Part shown: piece by piece, positions 27,265 to 34,969 of the stretch
Numbering within the stretch: position 1 is the first letter of the stretch
Layout of the letters: the number at the start of each line of letters is the position of its first letter
DNA from: a virus
UHGV virus genome: UHGV-0112704
DNA: 38,905 bases
Direction: 5' to 3' (one strand)
Program-made: the position numbers and the translations under genes
Notes under the pieces: generated by a model
Databases searched by the model: none
What the model was told of the DNA's origin: nothing
What the model saw: only the letters and a program-made list of their open reading frames with translations

Positions 27265-27627
27265 GAATTAGCAGTGTTATATTAAGCGGCAATTTCTTTC
27301 TGCCGGCACAATCCCGAGAGATTCGCCCTCTGTATCGCATCATCAATGAGCACCTGTATGACCATGAGGCAAAGCGTTATCCAACTTGCATTCATCTTTT
27401 TCAATCAGCAAAGGAGTGGTTAGTGCTGTGAGTGGGCTTTGTTCACTTCATGGTAGATAAATCAGCTATGGATAAGTGATAAGAGGTGAAATCAATCCGA
27501 ATTAACAACCTGAAGCACATTAATCGGAACACAGATATTAAAATCCTAAAGTCTAGTAACAAATAGCCGATATGAGATATTGCTTATCAGTTTAAAAATA
27601 ATCTATTGAAAAAATGGGGGGGAGGCG

Positions 27628-28191
27628 TTGAAGCGAGTAGAGCGCGATTTTATCTGTCTGTTTAATTGTGTGTGGTATCAAGATTTCCCTGTGTTCAAAG
27701 GTGAATATATCAACCGTTCCAACTGGACCATTCATGTTGGCCTGGTCATGCGCGAGTGTGCAAAGTTAATGGGCGCAAGAACATTTTTTGAACAAGGCGG
27801 GCGTACCGATGCGGTCCTACAATATCCAGACAATCAAATTTTAACCTATGTTGAGTGGGAGTATAATCAGGCAGACAGAGATAGCGTTAACGAGTTAGAC
27901 AAACTGCTTGAAAAAAACGACAAGTGCTATTTCTCCACATTCATCTCATATTGTCAGCATGAAAACATCAATATTGTTATTGAAAAAGCAAGTAGAATAT
28001 GGAGTGAAGCAAGCAGGCCTTTGATTTTTTTTCTTATCACCTATGAGCCTCAAACGAAAAAACGCCGCCATTTTTTAGAACTCAGAACTTATTTTTTCTC
28101 AAACGGCAAAAGAAAACTAGTTCGCAAACAACCTGCGCTTCCATGGGATATTGAGCAACGAAAATACAATGTCGAAGAAGATGCAGGATAG
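27628..28191 (+). CDS. hypothetical protein (187 aa), AT-rich moron on the opposite strand
   Basis: Track ORF starts at a TTG; an out-of-frame ATG and a G7 tract sit immediately upstream (27614-27622). About 35% GC. No recognisable motif. Confidence 0.45.
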   Translation: MKRVERDFICLFNCVWYQDFPVFKGEYINRSNWTIHVGLVMRECAKLMGARTFFEQGGRTDAVLQYPDNQILTYVEWEYNQADRDSVNELDKLLEKNDKCYFSTFISYCQHENINIVIEKASRIWSEASRPLIFFLITYEPQTKKRRHFLELRTYFFSNGKRKLVRKQPALPWDIEQRKYNVEEDAG

Positions 28192-28230
28192 AAGAGACAT
28201 AAGGTTTTCACGACAGTCTCGTTTCGAGCC

Positions 28231-28612
28231 CTAACTAAAATATTCTGTTCGGAGCAACCAAATAGCTCTGGCTTTGCTGTGACCATGTTCGCGGTACCAA
28301 CGCCTCTCTAGGTCCGCTTCTCGCTCATGGTGGACCAAAATCAAATCTAAAATGACGTGGCTAAGCGGGAGTACATAGTGAATGACAGGATGCTCCGGGC
28401 AGCACCATACTAATTCAGTTCCCGTCAGAGGTAGGCGTTGCTTCATGATGGGATGAGCGCTCCCTCCAGACAATCCATGCGACAGCCGCCTCCCATGATA
28501 TATATCCATTACCGCCATTTTTCGCTCTGCGGAGATTAACTGCATTACCAAACCTTTCAATGATGAATTTTTCAAATTCTATGCGTTTTTCTTCGTCGAT
28601 TGTTGAATCCAT
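28231..28612 (-). pseudogene. two overlapping ORF fragments, possibly one frameshift-disrupted gene
   Basis: Track ORFs 28415-28612 and 28231-28575 overlap in different frames. Confidence 0.2.
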
Positions 28613-28891
28613 ACCTTCCCCAGAAGAGTCCTACGAATCGCTCTTATTGCATAAAAAATAGCATATACAATAGAGAGTGAAAAACCGACGTAGCGGGTTA
28701 ACTTTATGTTACTCATGAGTCTTGTCTCGCTGCGACTTAAAAGCGGAACATTCTCGCGCAAGTTGCGTTGCTAAAGCTACGGGGTTGAATGGCTCTCCAT
28801 GCCCATTTAAGAAGGCATGCGGTGTGTAGTTGAACGTTATTTAAAACACAGATAGAATCAAGAAAAATCCTAAATAAATGGAATATTGTTT

Positions 28892-29272
28892 ATGGCTAAG
28901 AAAATCGCATTACTGGGCTTTTCTGCTCTTTTTGTTGCAAGTGTTGCTTTTGCTGAAACGACAAGTAACTGGGTTGAGGTTACTACAGCTGATGATGGCA
29001 TTTTTTCAGCAAAAAAAGGCACATTTAGAAATGTAAAAGGTGATTCATCTGCCTTGTTCATGTATCAAACAAAAAATAAAAAAGTAGAGTACTACAAAGT
29101 TAGTATTAAAGATGCCGACTGTGATAGTGGATATGGGGAGATAAGATTCTTCTATATGGATGGGAAATTAGCTTTCAAAGGTGATTATGTTGCTGATGGG
29201 AACAGTGTTGGCGCAGGTATTGGTGATTTTATGTGTGGGGTCAGAATTGGACTTAACACACAAAAAAGTTAA
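28892..29272 (+). CDS. secreted/periplasmic protein with cleavable signal peptide (moron)
   Basis: MAKKIALLGFSALFVASVAFA then ETT: basic n-region, hydrophobic core, AxA cleavage site, no lipobox Cys; about 35% GC. The ATG at 28892 is preferred over the TTG at 28886. Confidence 0.55.
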   Translation: MAKKIALLGFSALFVASVAFAETTSNWVEVTTADDGIFSAKKGTFRNVKGDSSALFMYQTKNKKVEYYKVSIKDADCDSGYGEIRFFYMDGKLAFKGDYVADGNSVGAGIGDFMCGVRIGLNTQKS

Positions 29273-29312
29273 ATGAGGGGCATTTGTTAAAAAACAATAG
29301 CCCCACATTAGA

Positions 29313-29514
29313 TCAATATTGGCTCCGGCATTTCTGGATAAAAGCTTCTATGCTACGGCGCTCATAGCGAACAATCTTAGCGCTGAACTTTACACGGGGC
29401 CAATGTAGACCGGTGTCGGTGTTCTGTATTCCATTTACATAATGTTTTTTGCGTAATTCCCAGCTTCTGGCATACCTCGCCCGGAGTGAGGAGATCATCA
29501 GGTTGCTCAGTCAT
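29313..29514 (-). pseudogene. AlpA/excisionase-family HTH regulator, disrupted by a frameshift
   Basis: Frame A from the ATG at 29514 reads MTEQPDDLLTPGEVCQKLGITQKTLCKWNTEH then stops at 29378. The track ORF 29313-29498 (frame B) contains the expected C-terminal part (LHWPRVKFSAKIVRYERRSIEAFIQ). The frames must join near 29414-29420. Confidence 0.45.
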
Positions 29515-29686
29515 GTTATGCCTCGCTGTTATCTGGGGTGATGATTAGCAGCTTCCAGATGGCTGAGACATACATAGCCTGATGTTTCGCATCGACTAGG
29601 GCATTATGCATGTCACCTTCAAACGGCATGTCCCGAGTTCTCCCTTTTCGCCGCTTTCGCGTCGCATATTCTCCAAACGGTATTTA

Positions 29687-30244
29687 TCAATCATTACTGT
29701 TATCCTCGCAGTAGTAGTGCCGTCCCTCTGGGTCAGTAGATACATGTCCGCAGATATCGCATTCAATTCCAGGAAGCACCGATTCTGACTGCGCTTTGAT
29801 ATGCAGTCGCGGTTCACCGTCTTTCGGCTCTGGCCACTGGCGGTTTTTGTTAACCGCCAGCTTTTCTACCATCGCCAGGGTAATCTGCTTATCACTGATA
29901 CCGGCACGACATTGCGCATCCCATAACAGGAATTGCATGTCAGCCCATTCGCTCATCTCGTCTGGTTCCGCAGCAGCCTCGATAGCTTCTTTGGAAAGGT
30001 GCTTCAGCGGACCAACTGGACCGACATCGCCGAATGTTTCATCTGACCATGCTGCATGTTCACAGCGTACCTGCTCACGGGCTATCGACTCCAGAACCCC
30101 ATCAATCACCTTCACTGCATCAGCCATTGCGTAGCCGAGATTACCGCCGTCGCTTTGTGCTGCTGCTTTGCTGAGTATTTCGCGTATCTGGTGCAAGCGA
30201 TCAAGTGATACAGGACCGTGCGCCGGGTGGTTGTTAGTTGTCAT
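29687..30244 (-). CDS. hypothetical protein, possibly MazG-like / DUF550-type
   Basis: 185 aa; acidic helical block EAIEAAAEPDEMSEWADMQFLLWD; C-terminal CDICGH...C cluster. Family assignment is weak. Confidence 0.3.
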   Translation of the reverse strand: MTTNNHPAHGPVSLDRLHQIREILSKAAAQSDGGNLGYAMADAVKVIDGVLESIAREQVRCEHAAWSDETFGDVGPVGPLKHLSKEAIEAAAEPDEMSEWADMQFLLWDAQCRAGISDKQITLAMVEKLAVNKNRQWPEPKDGEPRLHIKAQSESVLPGIECDICGHVSTDPEGRHYYCEDNSND

Positions 30245-30247
30245 GGG

Positions 30248-30448
30248 TTAGTCCTCTACCTTGTTTCCGCAATGCGGGCAGTAATTGAACTTATGGGCGA
30301 ATCCAGGATGCGGAACGGCAAAGCGTTTGGTTTTCTCGTTCCAGTCAGCAATTACGATTTCAAAATTTACGACCGCATTAGCCCAGTCACTGGAAAGAAC
30401 TGGCTGCGACCCAATCAGGCCGACTATACAGCGATTACATTTTTCCAC
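30248..30448 (-). CDS. small zinc-ribbon protein (66 aa)
   Basis: CNRC near the N-terminus and CPHC near the C-terminus. Confidence 0.35.
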   Translation of the reverse strand: MEKCNRCIVGLIGSQPVLSSDWANAVVNFEIVIADWNEKTKRFAVPHPGFAHKFNYCPHCGNKVED

Positions 30449-30452
30449 TGAC

Positions 30453-30647
30453 TCACACCCCCTTCACGCCAATGCCAGCAGTAAATCGCGACGGTGACCA
30501 ATCGCAATATGTGTTCGACTCCGTGTGTCCAAAAATTGCTTTACAACGATGGATATGGTGGCAATTACCACATGTTATGCCAGCCGGTAATCGCATCTTG
30601 TCGGGATCGGCTGGGTCATAATTCAACGCCAGTTTTTCGGTTGTCAT
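30453..30647 (-). CDS. small Cys/His-rich protein (64 aa)
   Basis: CGNCHHIHRC and YCDW motifs; coupled to neighbouring genes. Confidence 0.3.
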   Translation of the reverse strand: MTTEKLALNYDPADPDKMRLPAGITCGNCHHIHRCKAIFGHTESNTYCDWSPSRFTAGIGVKGV

Positions 30648-30982
30648 GCTGGCATCCTCCCCACGATATCTATAACCCGACGCATAACCGCACTTCCCCG
30701 AAAATCTGCTGGTAACTCAATCAGAGGCTTACTCGAACCGTATGAGAATCGTTGGAGATCGAAATCAATTACAGCCTTTGGGTCCCTGAACAAATCTAGA
30801 CGACCGTAACGAATGAGTTCGCCGCGTTCGGCTGCTACGCGGAAATACTTCTCAGCAGTCTGACGATGCAGCGACAACATCTGTGATGCCTCGCTAACGG
30901 TTAAGCGTCCACGGATTTTCACCTCTTCGATGATCACCCGGATAAGTGCCGCCTGCTCTTCTGGTGTATTTGGTCTTGGCAT
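30644..30982 (-). CDS. hypothetical protein at the lambda P/ren position
   Basis: 112 aa ORF immediately downstream of the O-like gene; too small to be a P, DnaC-like or DnaB-like protein. Confidence 0.35.
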   Translation of the reverse strand: MPRPNTPEEQAALIRVIIEEVKIRGRLTVSEASQMLSLHRQTAEKYFRVAAERGELIRYGRLDLFRDPKAVIDFDLQRFSYGSSKPLIELPADFRGSAVMRRVIDIVGRMPA

Positions 30983-30984
30983 GC

Positions 30985-31896
30985 TTACCCCCTGAATCCG
31001 GGTGGGATTGTTTTGTCTGGCTCAGAAATGCGGTTCACATCCCTGCCCGTTTTGCGAGCGTTGAGAGCGAACTTCGGTTTAAACAGTCCCTGGTACCCGT
31101 TGGCGATACTGGTGTTGATCACATCAACGGGGTCATGCCCAGCGTCCAGGCAAGCCTTGAGCAACTTGAATGCTTTGGTGACCGTCATTTCGGTCTTGAT
31201 GGCTTTGCCAGACTGTTGGCGGTAGGCCACCCACTCACTCCAGGACACAGAATCAAGCCACTCAGGAACGGGAATCGTCAGCGGGTCAAACTTACCCTTC
31301 CCCTTTGGGGGATTAGAGGGGGTTAGATCTGTATTTATATTTGTATTTGGAAGAATGTCTTTGGTGTTCCCTGTTTTCAGGGATACCTCTCCCTGTTTTT
31401 GGGGATGGTTATCCCCGTTTTCAGGGATGATTGAAGGGGTAAAATTGCTATCCCTGAATTCAGGGATGGTAATAACCCATGTGACAACTTCAGCAGCAGG
31501 AAACACCGCTGGACACTTCATGCAATTTGGCTTGGTATACGCCCATTTATCCAGGCTGGTATTAATCCCTATGTATCTGGTTTGCCCAATGCGGCGCAGG
31601 ATGATGATGTTCCGATAGGCAAGGCTCAACACGGCTTCAGAGACGTGTTTCACCTTCAGCGTCGTTTTATCTGCAATGAGGCTATTGGCGATGCGGTCAG
31701 AACTCTTAGACCAGCCATAGGTCAGACGAACGATAGCATTCAGCACCCGGAACTCGCGCCCGGATAGTTCGACGATACACAGGGCATCCTGAATCTGGTT
31801 GGCCAGGCGCAAATAGCCTTTCTCCAGTTCAGCCATGCTGCTCTCCTGTTTCCCCTGCTGTGTGGGGAATTTGAATATTTCAGCGGTATTTGACAT
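30985..31896 (-). CDS. replication initiator, lambda O-like
   Basis: MSNTAEIFKF...LRLANQ...FRVLNAIVRLTYGWSK resembles the lambda O N-terminal domain as I recall it. Iterons and an AT-rich stretch lie inside the gene. The ATG at 31896 (GGAG 7 nt upstream) is preferred over the track start at 31929. Confidence 0.8.
   Translation of the reverse strand: MSNTAEIFKFPTQQGKQESSMAELEKGYLRLANQIQDALCIVELSGREFRVLNAIVRLTYGWSKSSDRIANSLIADKTTLKVKHVSEAVLSLAYRNIIILRRIGQTRYIGINTSLDKWAYTKPNCMKCPAVFPAAEVVTWVITIPEFRDSNFTPSIIPENGDNHPQKQGEVSLKTGNTKDILPNTNINTDLTPSNPPKGKGKFDPLTIPVPEWLDSVSWSEWVAYRQQSGKAIKTEMTVTKAFKLLKACLDAGHDPVDVINTSIANGYQGLFKPKFALNARKTGRDVNRISEPDKTIPPGFRG
31368..31467. repeat. replication origin iterons (four copies) with adjacent AT-rich region 31331-31360
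   Basis: TCCCTGTTTTCAGGGAT (31368-31384), TCCCTGTTTTTGGGGAT (31390-31406), ATCCCCGTTTTCAGGGAT (31411-31428), ATCCCTGAATTCAGGGAT (31450-31467), each an inverted repeat, inside the O-like gene; AT-rich stretch GTATTTATATTTGTATTTGG on the downstream side. Confidence 0.75.
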
Positions 31897-31980
31897 ACTG
31901 TTCTCCGCAATTACGCACAGTTTTTGCACCTGAAAGCCGTTGGTGTTCGAGCACCGCGGCTTTCGCCATTTCTGAGCCCG

Positions 31981-32538
31981 TCATAGCGCACCACCCAGCA
32001 TCGTTGTAACCATCGCCATAATGGGCGCCACAGAATCAGGTCCGTCCAGGTAGAGCTTGGCTACGATGCTCTCGCTGATTTCCTTCATCCGTTCGTGTCT
32101 GGGGGCTTTGAGGACGACAGCCTGTATCGCCTCAGCGTCTTCTTTCACCGACCTGGCGACACGAACCGCAAAGCAGTCGTGCTTAATCACGCGATCCCGG
32201 TACGCCAGCGGCAGAACCGAAATTATTACCGGCGCCAGCTGCTCGACGTTCGCCCGGTAGGCCGGTGATTTCTCGTGGTTGTCCAGCCAGCGAAACAGCT
32301 TCACGTTCCACACATCGGCGCTGCCGGTCATGTCAATGCTGTCAAGCTCGGCCTGTTCGGCAGCCTCTTTAATCGCCAGAGCGACCGCCACGCGGCCCTC
32401 TGCCGCCGCCCAGGCGCGGACGGCAGAACAGATAGCCCGGTGATCGACCGGCTGGCCTTCAGCCTCACTGTGTTGATACTGGAATTTCAGGTGCTCTGAT
32501 GGCGCTCTGTTATTCTGTTGAAAAGAAAGTGTTTGCAT
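31981..32538 (-). CDS. YdaT-like protein (cII-position)
   Basis: 185 aa; central region resembles the Rac prophage YdaT pattern as I recall it; AGGAG before the ATG; directly downstream of the Cro/YdaS-like gene. Confidence 0.5.
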   Translation of the reverse strand: MQTLSFQQNNRAPSEHLKFQYQHSEAEGQPVDHRAICSAVRAWAAAEGRVAVALAIKEAAEQAELDSIDMTGSADVWNVKLFRWLDNHEKSPAYRANVEQLAPVIISVLPLAYRDRVIKHDCFAVRVARSVKEDAEAIQAVVLKAPRHERMKEISESIVAKLYLDGPDSVAPIMAMVTTMLGGAL

Positions 32539-32549
32539 TGTCAGTGCTC

Positions 32550-32768
32550 CTACTTTGGTAATCCGTCAGTGGGATTTGGATAGAGATCAGGGCGCAGCTC
32601 GTGGGGGGTTACGCCTGTCATTTTGAAAATCGGGAAGATATAGCTTGGCGGGACGATCCCTTGGTCACGATTCTTCCAATGACTTACAGACATACTCGTC
32701 ACACCAAGCGCGATGCTGAGCTTTCTGGCAGAGCCAGCGGCTTTAATTGCTTTATCGAGTGCGGACAT
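32550..32768 (-). CDS. Cro-like HTH regulator (YdaS family)
   Basis: 72 aa; HTH LSIALGVTSMSVSHWKN; divergent from the repressor gene across an operator-containing intergenic region. Confidence 0.7.
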   Translation of the reverse strand: MSALDKAIKAAGSARKLSIALGVTSMSVSHWKNRDQGIVPPSYIFPIFKMTGVTPHELRPDLYPNPTDGLPK

Positions 32769-32870
32769 GTGCTTCTCCTGCTTATTGATAGCAGAAGTAA
32801 ACCACAGATTTATACTTCATGCAAACTTTGGATTTATTGCGTGCATAAACCAAATATTTACAATGACCAT
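32769..32870. promoter_or_regulatory. divergent promoter/operator region between the Cro-like and repressor genes
   Basis: 15 bp sites TAAACCACAGATTTA (32798-32812) and TAAACCAAATATTTA (32846-32860), plus inverted repeat TTTGGATTTAT/ATAAACCAAA (32827-32854); the same site type recurs at 34274-34288. Confidence 0.45.
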
Positions 32871-33260
32871 ATGAGAAAAGAAGAACCCAACCTCGTTCTG
32901 GTGGAGCGCCTTACTGAGATCACTGATCGCGGCGTTACCAAAGCAGACATGGCAAGAATAGCTGGAGTCACCCCTCAGGCCGTAAACGGCTGGTTCAAAA
33001 AAGGCGTGATTAGTAAGAAATCGGCACTGGCCATAGCCGACGCTGTTGGTATTTCTGTCGCCTGGCTACTCGGTGAAGACGTTGGGGAGAAAGACGGTCT
33101 CAAACCGGACGAACAGCGTTTGCTCGAGCTCTACCGCCAGTTACCGGAAGAAGAGCAGCAGAACATGCTCCGCATTTTTGCGCTTCGCCTGAAAGAGTTA
33201 GATGAGCTGTACGAGAAGTACATGAAGGGTCGGATTCGATCGCAAGGTGAGCAAACCTAA
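32871..33260 (+). CDS. cI-like immunity repressor (XRE-type HTH, no S24 peptidase domain)
   Basis: 129 aa from the ATG at 32871; HTH ADMARIAGVTPQAVNGWFKKG; helical C-terminus. The track ORF 32601-33260 carries an implausible upstream extension. Confidence 0.7.
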   Translation: MRKEEPNLVLVERLTEITDRGVTKADMARIAGVTPQAVNGWFKKGVISKKSALAIADAVGISVAWLLGEDVGEKDGLKPDEQRLLELYRQLPEEEQQNMLRIFALRLKELDELYEKYMKGRIRSQGEQT

Positions 33261-33324
33261 ACCAGTAGTATCTAATTCCATGTAATAAAAATATTTCAAG
33301 ATTTAATATCTTCTGGAGGATTCG

Positions 33325-33606
33325 GTGTCTAAAGAAACAACCGTCGAACTTATGCATCTTAATGATGTAATCGAAGCGAAAAATTTCATCGAGACCAATG
33401 CTGACGGTGTCGTAACAATCGGCACACAAAATGCCGGTTACGAAGTTTACAATTTTGTGTTCCTGAATAGCAGCCCGATCATCGGTACGGATAATGCGGA
33501 TATAGTCGTCAAGGGCATGCAGCGAACCAAAGTTGTGTCTGTGACTTTAAGCAAACAAAAGGCTTATGATTTTTATCAATCCTTAAAAAGTATGTTTGAG
33601 GAATAA
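33325..33606 (+). CDS. hypothetical protein (93 aa), first gene of the immunity-linked cassette
   Basis: GTG start with GGAGGA 4 nt upstream; 65 nt after the repressor stop; about 40% GC. Confidence 0.5.
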   Translation: MSKETTVELMHLNDVIEAKNFIETNADGVVTIGTQNAGYEVYNFVFLNSSPIIGTDNADIVVKGMQRTKVVSVTLSKQKAYDFYQSLKSMFEE

Positions 33607-33612
33607 TAATTG

Positions 33613-34134
33613 ATGGATGCGGCTCAATCATCTCTTGGTGAAGGGAAGTTATTGATTGCATATTCAGACCATAGCGGAGCTACAGTAGGCTTAGAGTTTT
33701 CATCAGTAGCTTCGAGCCAAGCAACCTTCCTTATGGGTGCTTGTAGTTTTGCCGCTTCGGATAAACAAAAACGGATTGTCACATCAGTTGCTATGGATGA
33801 TACTGAAATCATTCATACGTCAACTGAAGATGGAGGTGACGACATGGAAAAGAGATTGGCTATTCTTGAGGTTGAAGTTGCCCACATCAAGAAAGATGTT
33901 GCCGAGATAAAAAACACAGTTTCAAAAGTTGATACGACAGTGAATTCACTGGACAAAAATATGGCTGTAGTTTTGGAGAGGCTGTCTAGTATCAAAGAGT
34001 CTGTAGACAAAAAGCCCTCATCAGACACAGTGGACAAGAAAATCTCTGATGCTAAATTGGCGATTCTCTTAGGTGTCCCTGCGATTATCGCCATTGGTAC
34101 AGGGCTGTACAAAGCTTTTATGCACTTCTTTTAG
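33613..34134 (+). CDS. coiled-coil protein with C-terminal transmembrane anchor, second gene of the cassette
   Basis: 173 aa from the ATG at 33613 (track start is a TTG at 33610); heptad-like stretch EKRLAILEVEVAHIKKDVAEIKNTVSKVDTTVNSLDKNMAVVLERLSSIKE; C-terminal helix LAILLGVPAIIAIGTGLY; begins 7 nt after the upstream stop. Confidence 0.55.
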   Translation: MDAAQSSLGEGKLLIAYSDHSGATVGLEFSSVASSQATFLMGACSFAASDKQKRIVTSVAMDDTEIIHTSTEDGGDDMEKRLAILEVEVAHIKKDVAEIKNTVSKVDTTVNSLDKNMAVVLERLSSIKESVDKKPSSDTVDKKISDAKLAILLGVPAIIAIGTGLYKAFMHFF

Positions 34135-34206
34135 TCAGATTTGGTCAATACGCCTGAGTTATAAGGCTCTCAGCTACTAACTCTGTCGCCTTCCCCGAAC
34201 CTTCTC

Positions 34207-34235
34207 ATCCCGACCACGCGTCGGGATTTTTTTTG
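34207..34235 (+). terminator. strong intrinsic terminator ending the repressor operon
   Basis: CCCGAC-CACGC-GTCGGG followed by ATTTTTTTTG. Confidence 0.7.
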
Positions 34236-34273
34236 CCTGCGATTCTGCAGACGTGTCACAAAACCCAGCCACA

Positions 34274-34337
34274 TAAACCTCAGATTTACAATTAACACCA
34301 ACCTTAAGTTGACATATATATAAACCAGTGATTTAAT
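34274..34337 (+). promoter_or_regulatory. pL-like early promoter with upstream operator-type site
   Basis: TTGACA (34309-34314), 17 bp spacer, TTTAAT (34332-34337); operator-like TAAACCTCAGATTTA at 34274-34288. Confidence 0.45.
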
Positions 34338-34589
34338 CTAACTCACCAAGACGCACCACGAACCACCCAGGCATGGAGCCCACGAAGTAGCCGTCCGGGG
34401 CATACGAAAACCGGAATGAGGTGGTGAGATTAACGCGCAGTAGGTTTGAAACGTTCCGCCAGCCTGGCGACAAGGGCAAAGCACAGAGTGAGCTTCGCGG
34501 TGGTGAATTGCAGAGTTAAAACGCTCAACCGTGAAGATCAGCGCCGCGGCACCACCAGCGAAGTTCACTCAGAAAAACTGGAGAACATC

Positions 34590-34796
34590 ATGGTTCATCA
34601 GCACTACGGTACACAGACAGTAAACCGCGGCGCAGTTCAGCCGGGGATGCTCGTCAAACACAAAGACTCAACCTGGACGGCATCAGCTAACGCTCGCGGA
34701 CGTTTGTATCTGCATCGCGGCGTAGAAATGACTTACACCAAGGATTTGCTGGTTGAAGTTTATCTGAACGGTCTGGGGCATGGACTCAGCCACTAG
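34590..34796 (+). CDS. small early protein (68 aa)
   Basis: ATG at 34590 with GGAG 7 nt upstream; the track ORF 34446-34796 is extended upstream. Confidence 0.4.
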   Translation: MVHQHYGTQTVNRGAVQPGMLVKHKDSTWTASANARGRLYLHRGVEMTYTKDLLVEVYLNGLGHGLSH

Positions 34797-34807
34797 CGGA
34801 GGATGTC

Positions 34808-34969
34808 ATGTTAGACAAGAAATGCGGATATTGCGGCAAGCCGGTTAAAACGGAGGAAGTAATCAAGAGCACCCTTCTCTATCGCAACGGCTCACAGCTG
34901 GCGCGCAAAGAAAAAGAGTATTGCTCCAAACGTTGCGCTTCGCACGACCAGATGGCTCACGAAGGCTAA
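34808..34969 (+). CDS. small zinc-binding protein (53 aa)
   Basis: Not in the ORF track (under 60 aa). GGAGG 5 nt before the ATG; MLDKKCGYCGKPV...YCSKRCASHDQ gives a CxxC...CxxxC arrangement. Confidence 0.4.
   Translation: MLDKKCGYCGKPVKTEEVIKSTLLYRNGSQLARKEKEYCSKRCASHDQMAHEG

Noticed and set aside
31013-31767. Plus-strand ORFs antisense to the O-like gene (31013-31225, 30946-31326, 31355-31618, 31582-31767)
   Set aside because: They overlap a well-supported O-like gene and its iterons; no start signals; judged to be shadow frames.
32601-32870. N-terminal 90-codon extension of the repressor ORF in the track
   Set aside because: It would run across the divergent operator/promoter region and overlap the Cro-like gene; the internal ATG at 32871 gives a 129 aa HTH protein of normal size.
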